Assembly (NCBI GenBank): GCA_002347605.1
Contig: DDXN01000001.1
Location: forward strand, 9,701 to 73,700
Reading direction: 5' to 3'
Origin: Candidatus Dojkabacteria bacterium UBA2259
Lineage (GTDB): Bacteria; Patescibacteriota; Dojkabacteria; SC72
DNA: 64,000 nt
Under the pieces are notes generated by a model, which saw nothing but the letters and a program-made list of their open reading frames with translations, had not been told where the DNA came from and made no database searches. Positions 59,093-64,000 of this stretch are shown here, one piece after another. Position 1 is the stretch's first letter, and each line of letters opens with the position of its first letter. A program made the translations under genes and the position numbers.

Positions 59093-59902
59093 CTATTTCT
59101 TATCAATGCGTTCTAAAAGAACAACCTTGCCGTTTTCTTGCTTAATTAATAGTTCCTTTCTTCCCTCTTCCTTGAGTGCTTTAGATATATACTCTTGGAC
59201 ATTCTTAGGATTTTGAGTTTTCTTAACATAATCAATTCTGTTAATCTTTTTATCTTGCACGGATATTCTAACCTCTCCTAAATTCTCTTCTGTCATTATA
59301 GAAAAGAGTAAATCAGTTTCCTTCTCGTTTGGACTTATTACTAAGTTTGTATTGTAACTAAGTTCTGGTTTTTTAACACTTCTCGAGAATATATCATTTA
59401 ATCTTATTACGATATGAGGGGAGGGAAGGGGACTAATTAATTGGGAATTTATATATTCTGTATCCAAGCAAAGGTCTGCCTCTCCTTTGGGAGTAATGAC
59501 CAGAAGGACATTGTCTTTAATAAACATTCTTCCAATAAACAATTCAAAGTAGAGGGTGTCCTCCTTTCCATCTTCTCTTCTATGGAAAATACATTTTTTG
59601 ATATTGTTAATCTTATCAAGGGGGAACCCGATTTTTCTTAGATCTCCTACAACACCTATCCAGAGAATATCAATTAAACTGAATTTCCTCCAACCAGAGT
59701 TTCTTCCTTTCTGTTTTAGTAATATATTTTTCTCTTCCCAATGATTGATGATTCTGTAACTTTGAGATGTAGAGGACATAGACACTTTTCTTTTTCTAAT
59801 AATCTCTCTTACGGGAGAAAACTTTTCACCTTGATAATCCCCTAACCAGAAGTCAAACCAATCGCTGTGATGTATTGTAAAAGGTAAGATGTTTATTCCC
59901 AT
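59093..59902 (-). CDS. MerR-family-like HTH protein (candidate element regulator / recombination directionality factor)
   Basis: The segment ILLKQKGRNSGWRKFSLIDILWIGVVGDLRKIGFPLDKI fits the MerR wing/helix pattern (ESGYRLYS..DL..L..I..LR..GFSL.EI). The remaining ~180 aa are unassigned. Confidence 0.45.
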   Translation of the reverse strand: MGINILPFTIHHSDWFDFWLGDYQGEKFSPVREIIRKRKVSMSSTSQSYRIINHWEEKNILLKQKGRNSGWRKFSLIDILWIGVVGDLRKIGFPLDKINNIKKCIFHRREDGKEDTLYFELFIGRMFIKDNVLLVITPKGEADLCLDTEYINSQLISPLPSPHIVIRLNDIFSRSVKKPELSYNTNLVISPNEKETDLLFSIMTEENLGEVRISVQDKKINRIDYVKKTQNPKNVQEYISKALKEEGRKELLIKQENGKVVLLERIDKK

Positions 59903-60004
59903 ATATAAATTATACGCCAGTGTATAATTTAGTCAAGGGGATTGTTTAATACCCATCTTTGGTTATTCAAGCGATGTGGGATATAATAAATAACAAAAAG
60001 ATAT

Positions 60005-62131
60005 ATGGACTCCACTTACAATAACAAAAAATTGACTTTATCAGAGATGCAGCAAATTGCAAAAGAAAGAGGAGGGGAGTGTCTGTCAGAAGAGTATGTA
60101 AATGTTATAACCCCATTAGAGTGGAAGTGTTCAGAAGGGCACAAATGGAAATCAACGCCACATAATATTAAAAGAGGAAGATGGTGTCCTGTTTGCGGTA
60201 GATACAAGAAAAGAAAGTATAAAACCAAATACTCTATTGTTGATATGAGGGAAATTGCAGAAGAAAGAGGAGGAAAGTGCTTATCTAAAGAATTTCTTAA
60301 TAGTAACACGCATTTAGTATGGGAGTGTAAGAGGGGTCATCGATGGAACGCCCGTCCAACACAAGTAATTAGTGGTTCATGGTGTCCCTTTTGTGTGTAT
60401 GAGGATAGGAAAAGAACCATAGAAGAAATGCAGCAAATTGCAAAAGAGAGAGGAGGGAAGTGCTTATCTACAGAGTATATAAACATTGATACAAAATTAC
60501 TTTGGGAGTGTTCGAAGGGTCATAAATGGGAAGCAATACCCTACAATATTGTTTCTGGGAGAAATTGGTGTCCTGTTTGTAGGAAAAAATATATTGCTAC
60601 TGATAATCCTTCGGGCTACACAATAAAAGACATGCAGAACATTGCTACTCAGAAAGGTGGAAAGTGTTTGTCAAAGAAATATCTGGGAAGTCATTATAAA
60701 TTGACATGGAGATGCAAAGTAGGTCACGAATGGGAATCTCGTCCAACAACTATACTTAGTGGTGGGTGGTGTCCTATATGTTCAATAGAGAAGAGGGCGA
60801 ATTCCTCAAGAAAGTATTCAATAAAAGATTTTAAAATAATTGCTGAAGAGAGGCATGGGGAATGTTTATCAACAGAGTTTACAAACAGTGATTTAAAATT
60901 AAGGTGGAGATGTAACAAAGGGCACGAATGGGAAGCAAGTGGGCGGGCAATTATTAACGGACAATGGTGTCCAATGTGTAGAACATATAGGAGAGAAGAG
61001 ATTTGCCGTAATATTATTGAGTATTATTTTGAAAAGCAATTCCCTAAGAAAAGACCTAAATGGCTAATCAATTCCAAAGGAAATATTATGGAATTGGATG
61101 GATACAACGAAGAGTTAGGGGTAGCATTTGAACACCAAGGACTTCAGCACTATGAGGAAACAGAATTTTTCAATAGGGAGAAAGATTTAGCAACTCAGAA
61201 AAAACTTGATAGGGAAAAACGGGAAAAATGCTTGGAGAAGGAGGTCTTTTTATTAGAAATCCCTTATTTAATACCTGTTGAAGAGTTGGAGAAATACATC
61301 TTGAATCTTTGTGACGAGAATTCTCTTGCAAGAAAAATAAAGAGGGAAATGACAAGGGATGAGATTTTAAATGTTTATAGTCCTAAGGAGACGGAAGAAC
61401 TAAGGGAGATAGCAAAGATGAGAGGTGGGAAACTGTTGTCTAAGGTTTATGTCACTGCCACGATACCCCTTGTCTGGAGGTGCAGCAAGGGGCACGAATG
61501 GAAGGCAAATCCCCACATGGTGAGAAGAGGAACCTGGTGCCCTATATGTGGCAATGATGTCCGTAGGGGCAACATAGAGGAGTGTATACAGTTAGCGAGG
61601 AAAATGGGTGGGGAATGTCTGTCTACAGAATATTTGAATAGTTACAAAAAGATGAAATGGAAGTGCAAAGAAGGTCATATTTGGTTTGCATCTTTTGGTC
61701 AATTGAAAAATGAAAACACATGGTGTTCAATATGCAGTAATAAAAAGAGGAGACTTGGCTTAGAGAGGATGAAAGAACTTGCGAGAGAACGGGGGGGAGA
61801 GTGTTTATCAACAGAATATTTTGGGATTGGGGAGAAATTAAAGTGGAGATGCAAATATGGTCACGAGTGGAATGTTGCACCAAAACATATTGTGGCAGAT
61901 GACTCATGGTGTCCTGTATGTGCCAGAGAGGGGAGGAAAAAAACAATAGAAGAGATGCAACAAATTGCAAAAGATAGGGGAGGAAAGTGTTTATCAAAAA
62001 AGTATGTAGGCGTAAATGCACATTTACTTTGGAAATGTAAACAAGGTCATAAGTGGAAAGCAACACCAAGCAATGTTTTGCGAGGAACGTGGTGTCCTGC
62101 ATGTGCTTTGACGCAACGGAAGAGGGGATAA
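60005..62131 (+). CDS. Multi-zinc-ribbon repeat protein (9 x ~62-aa GHxW...WCPxC modules) with a central Vsr/DUF559-like putative endonuclease domain
   Basis: Nine repeats of the form [ST]IEEMQQIAKERGGKCLSxEYxNxxxKLxWxCxxGHxWxAxPxxIxxGxWCPVC; five lie N-terminal and four C-terminal to the core. The central ~130-aa region ...IMELDGYNEELGVAFEHQGLQHY...DREKREKCLEKEVFLLEIPY resembles the DUF559/very-short-patch-repair-like PD-(D/E)xK pattern (vDG..H...D..R..L...G..VlR). The repeat resembles the GHEW/CP probable zinc-ribbon family (recalled as DUF4379). Confidence 0.6.
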   Translation: MDSTYNNKKLTLSEMQQIAKERGGECLSEEYVNVITPLEWKCSEGHKWKSTPHNIKRGRWCPVCGRYKKRKYKTKYSIVDMREIAEERGGKCLSKEFLNSNTHLVWECKRGHRWNARPTQVISGSWCPFCVYEDRKRTIEEMQQIAKERGGKCLSTEYINIDTKLLWECSKGHKWEAIPYNIVSGRNWCPVCRKKYIATDNPSGYTIKDMQNIATQKGGKCLSKKYLGSHYKLTWRCKVGHEWESRPTTILSGGWCPICSIEKRANSSRKYSIKDFKIIAEERHGECLSTEFTNSDLKLRWRCNKGHEWEASGRAIINGQWCPMCRTYRREEICRNIIEYYFEKQFPKKRPKWLINSKGNIMELDGYNEELGVAFEHQGLQHYEETEFFNREKDLATQKKLDREKREKCLEKEVFLLEIPYLIPVEELEKYILNLCDENSLARKIKREMTRDEILNVYSPKETEELREIAKMRGGKLLSKVYVTATIPLVWRCSKGHEWKANPHMVRRGTWCPICGNDVRRGNIEECIQLARKMGGECLSTEYLNSYKKMKWKCKEGHIWFASFGQLKNENTWCSICSNKKRRLGLERMKELARERGGECLSTEYFGIGEKLKWRCKYGHEWNVAPKHIVADDSWCPVCAREGRKKTIEEMQQIAKDRGGKCLSKKYVGVNAHLLWKCKQGHKWKATPSNVLRGTWCPACALTQRKRG
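60029..62120. repeat. Intragenic DNA repeats encoding the zinc-ribbon modules
   Basis: For example, agagatgcagcaaattgcaaaagaaagaggagg at about 60043, agaaatgcagcaaattgcaaaagagagaggagg at about 60424, and agagatgcaacaaattgcaaaagatagggg at about 61950. Confidence 0.55.
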
Positions 62132-62210
62132 TTAAACCATCTTTATCCTAAAAGAAATATGTAACCGAGATTTTGAGAACTTTAATTTCTCAAGGTATCT
62201 TTATATAATC

Positions 62211-62924
62211 GTGGTAATGCAAGGAAAGAAGTTTAAAGTTAAAAGCGAAAGCGGTGATATTCAAGAAATTCTGAGTTTTGTCCTTGTTATTTTTAATGAA
62301 GTTTTACCAATTGCTGGGGAAGAAGAGTGTATTGTATTTAATGATTCCAGTGCAGAATGTCCTATGCTTATTACTAACAAGAAATCCTTAGAAATCAGAT
62401 TAAACGTAGAGGAAGAATCTAAGTGGAACCAAGTTATCTATCAAATGTCTCACGAAATAATGCATTATGCTCTACGGCAGAAAAGAGAAAAGAAGGGTGA
62501 GATATTGAGTTGGTTTGAGGAAACTCTTTGTGAAGCATTTTCTTTATATACTATGTCGATTGCAATGACAAAGTGGAAGATTTGTAGTTTCTATAAATTG
62601 AATAAGAACTATTATAAGTATATTGGAAGTTACTTTAATAAAGAGTTGAATAAAAAGGGTGACAAAATATCAGAATGTGTTACCCTTGATTGTTTAAGAG
62701 AGATAGATAAAGAAGCAGAAACCCATCGAGAATGGAGATACGACATTAGAAATGCGGTTTTTGAATTGTTTAAGGTGTATCCGAAGGGTATTGCAGAGAT
62801 TCTTGACTATTCAGAATACGTTGAAGAAGATATGTTAACGATCAACTTTTATAAGTGGGAGCAAAATAGCAGGTTCCCTCAATTTATAAAAAAACTAGCA
62901 CTAATACAACCAGAGGTTTGTTAA
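62211..62924 (+). CDS. Hypothetical protein with HExxH motif (possible zinc metallopeptidase, ImmA/IrrE-like?)
   Basis: MSHEIMHYAL contains HEIMH. No other motif is confirmed. Confidence 0.35.
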   Translation: MVMQGKKFKVKSESGDIQEILSFVLVIFNEVLPIAGEEECIVFNDSSAECPMLITNKKSLEIRLNVEEESKWNQVIYQMSHEIMHYALRQKREKKGEILSWFEETLCEAFSLYTMSIAMTKWKICSFYKLNKNYYKYIGSYFNKELNKKGDKISECVTLDCLREIDKEAETHREWRYDIRNAVFELFKVYPKGIAEILDYSEYVEEDMLTINFYKWEQNSRFPQFIKKLALIQPEVC

Positions 62925-62935
62925 TAATTACATAT

Positions 62936-63382
62936 TCAATTTCTCTGTCCTGGTTTCTTTTTCTCTTGGTTCTTCAAATTTTCCCATTTCTTTTGTTCCT
63001 CCAGTTCCAAGACAGGATCTATATACTCTTTCCCTAATAATTTCTTAATTCTTCTGTGAATTTCATCTATCTGAGTCCATAATCTTTGAACCTCGTTTAC
63101 ATGTCTCTCATATTCTTCATTGTCCGATACGTCCATAAGTTCACGTTCATAAACATTTTGACTCAATGCCTTAATGTATTCCTTCCAATCGTTAATAATT
63201 TCTGGAATTTTTGAATTATCAAATTTGTATCTCTCATAAAGTCGAGTAAAATTTTTACTACCACAGTCAAAGAATACTCTTGGATCAGTAAGGTGCTGTT
63301 TGAGATGGGAATTGTTAATCTGATTTAAAAGTTCAAATTCCATCTCTCTCACAGCATCATATTCATTGGAATAGTTATTCAT
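62936..63382 (-). CDS. Hypothetical protein
   Basis: 148-aa charged, helical ORF. No motif. Confidence 0.4.
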   Translation of the reverse strand: MNNYSNEYDAVREMEFELLNQINNSHLKQHLTDPRVFFDCGSKNFTRLYERYKFDNSKIPEIINDWKEYIKALSQNVYERELMDVSDNEEYERHVNEVQRLWTQIDEIHRRIKKLLGKEYIDPVLELEEQKKWENLKNQEKKKPGQRN

Positions 63383-63536
63383 ATTACTAAATACTAAGAT
63401 ATTATCTTAAGTAGCAGAATTATAAATAAACTTTAATAATTTGTCCAATAGGTCCGTATTGTAAGTTTTTATTCTCCCAATTATGAGAGTGTTAGAGATA
63501 TTATTGTTGTATATATTCAATACCAATGTAGTGTAT

Positions 63537-63770
63537 CTATTCATACAGATTATTCTTGTCATTTAGGATATAATTAAGGGCAGGGGGATTGTATTTAAAG
63601 AATTCTGCCCATTGAAGAATAAAGGTTCTTAATGGGTTCGAACTTTTAACTACGATGTCCACCACTTTGATATTTGGGATATTAAGCTCGTTAACTATGC
63701 TGTAAGTAAGATACAATTCATTGGTTCGACATCCTTTATTTTGGAAATATTGAAATCCCTCTGGAAACAT
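63537..63770 (-). CDS. Hypothetical small protein
   Basis: 77-aa ORF. Weak support. Confidence 0.25.
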   Translation of the reverse strand: MFPEGFQYFQNKGCRTNELYLTYSIVNELNIPNIKVVDIVVKSSNPLRTFILQWAEFFKYNPPALNYILNDKNNLYE

Positions 63771-64000
63771 CTATTGTTGATTCAATGGTTCTCCACTCAA
63801 AATCTGGTCTGTTGCGTGGAGTTAGTATAATCCTCTATCTTGTTTTATGTAGTTTGTTTGCGATTGTTTTGCTAATATCTGAACTTAATTCTGTTATTAA
63901 AGCTGTCCTATTTATTCCATCATAGCTGTGGACATTTGTTGTTTATCTCCTTTAGATATTTGCTAAGATTAATACAATAATACCTAACACCATAAAAGGT

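Larger units (their letters stand above)
56823..64000. mobile_element. Putative integrative element / genomic island inserted at the ssrA 3' end (distal boundary not identified in window)
   Basis: The serine integrase abuts and overlaps the tmRNA 3' end. The downstream genes are all non-housekeeping: MerR-like HTH, zinc-ribbon repeat / nuclease-like protein, HExxH protein and unknowns. No second att repeat was found, so the right boundary is unknown. Confidence 0.5.

Noticed and set aside
63625-63665. GGGTTCGAAC...TCCACCAC as a possible attR copy of the ssrA 3' end
   Set aside because: Only a 6-7 nt match on each side, with unrelated intervening sequence, lying inside an ORF. Too weak to call an att repeat; the island boundary remains undefined.
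1-64000. CRISPR arrays, rRNA genes, IS transposases
   Set aside because: No regularly spaced direct repeats, no rRNA-like conserved stretches and no transposase-like ORFs were seen anywhere in the window.

Overview
This is an AT-rich, gene-dense bacterial chromosome segment, with almost all genes being housekeeping genes. Short forms of HrcA, ValS and YidC, a DUF4012 giant protein, PEGA and DUF1566 proteins, an inserted S12 and a C-terminally extended L34 suggest a reduced-genome Patescibacteria/CPR-like lineage. That lineage call is inference from protein features, not a database result.

Minus strand, start of window:
- An O-antigen-ligase-like TPR membrane protein.
- The hrcA-grpE-dnaK heat-shock operon with a CIRCE-like operator.
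- The rpoB-rpoC-rpsL-rpsG block.

Plus strand:
- rplY(ctc), a GT2 glycosyltransferase, and a decayed GDP-mannose 4,6-dehydratase pseudogene.
- ftsK, a RodZ-like gene, dnaG, a methyltransferase with a zinc-ribbon fusion, rsmA, and an MraY/WecA-like transferase.
- A PEGA protein, a DUF4012 protein, rpoD, metG, rnj, and an FtsA/PilM-like actin homologue coupled to a large bitopic protein.
- tRNA-Arg(TCT) and tRNA-Ser(GGA).

Minus strand, middle of window:
- valS and a PilN/PilO-like pair.
- A DUF1566 protein with tandem repeats.
- The origin neighbourhood jag-yidC-yidD-rnpA-rpmH, diverging from dnaA-dnaN. DnaA boxes lie in both flanking intergenic regions, so this is the probable oriC.

Downstream of the origin:
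- An atypical orphan OmpR-family response regulator.
- tRNA-Ser(CGA), followed by paralogous secreted proteins.
- A NUDIX hydrolase and a TrmH/SpoU methyltransferase.
- A DinJ/YafQ-type toxin-antitoxin pair.
- A tmRNA gene (ssrA).

The most notable region is the apparent integrative element abutting the 3' end of ssrA, from 56.8 kb to at least the window end. It carries a large serine recombinase whose coding sequence overlaps the tmRNA 3' end. It also carries a MerR-like HTH protein and a 708-aa protein made of nine GHxW...WCPxC zinc-ribbon modules flanking a Vsr/DUF559-like putative nuclease core. An HExxH protein and several unknown genes complete the cargo. No CRISPR array, rRNA or transposase was found.
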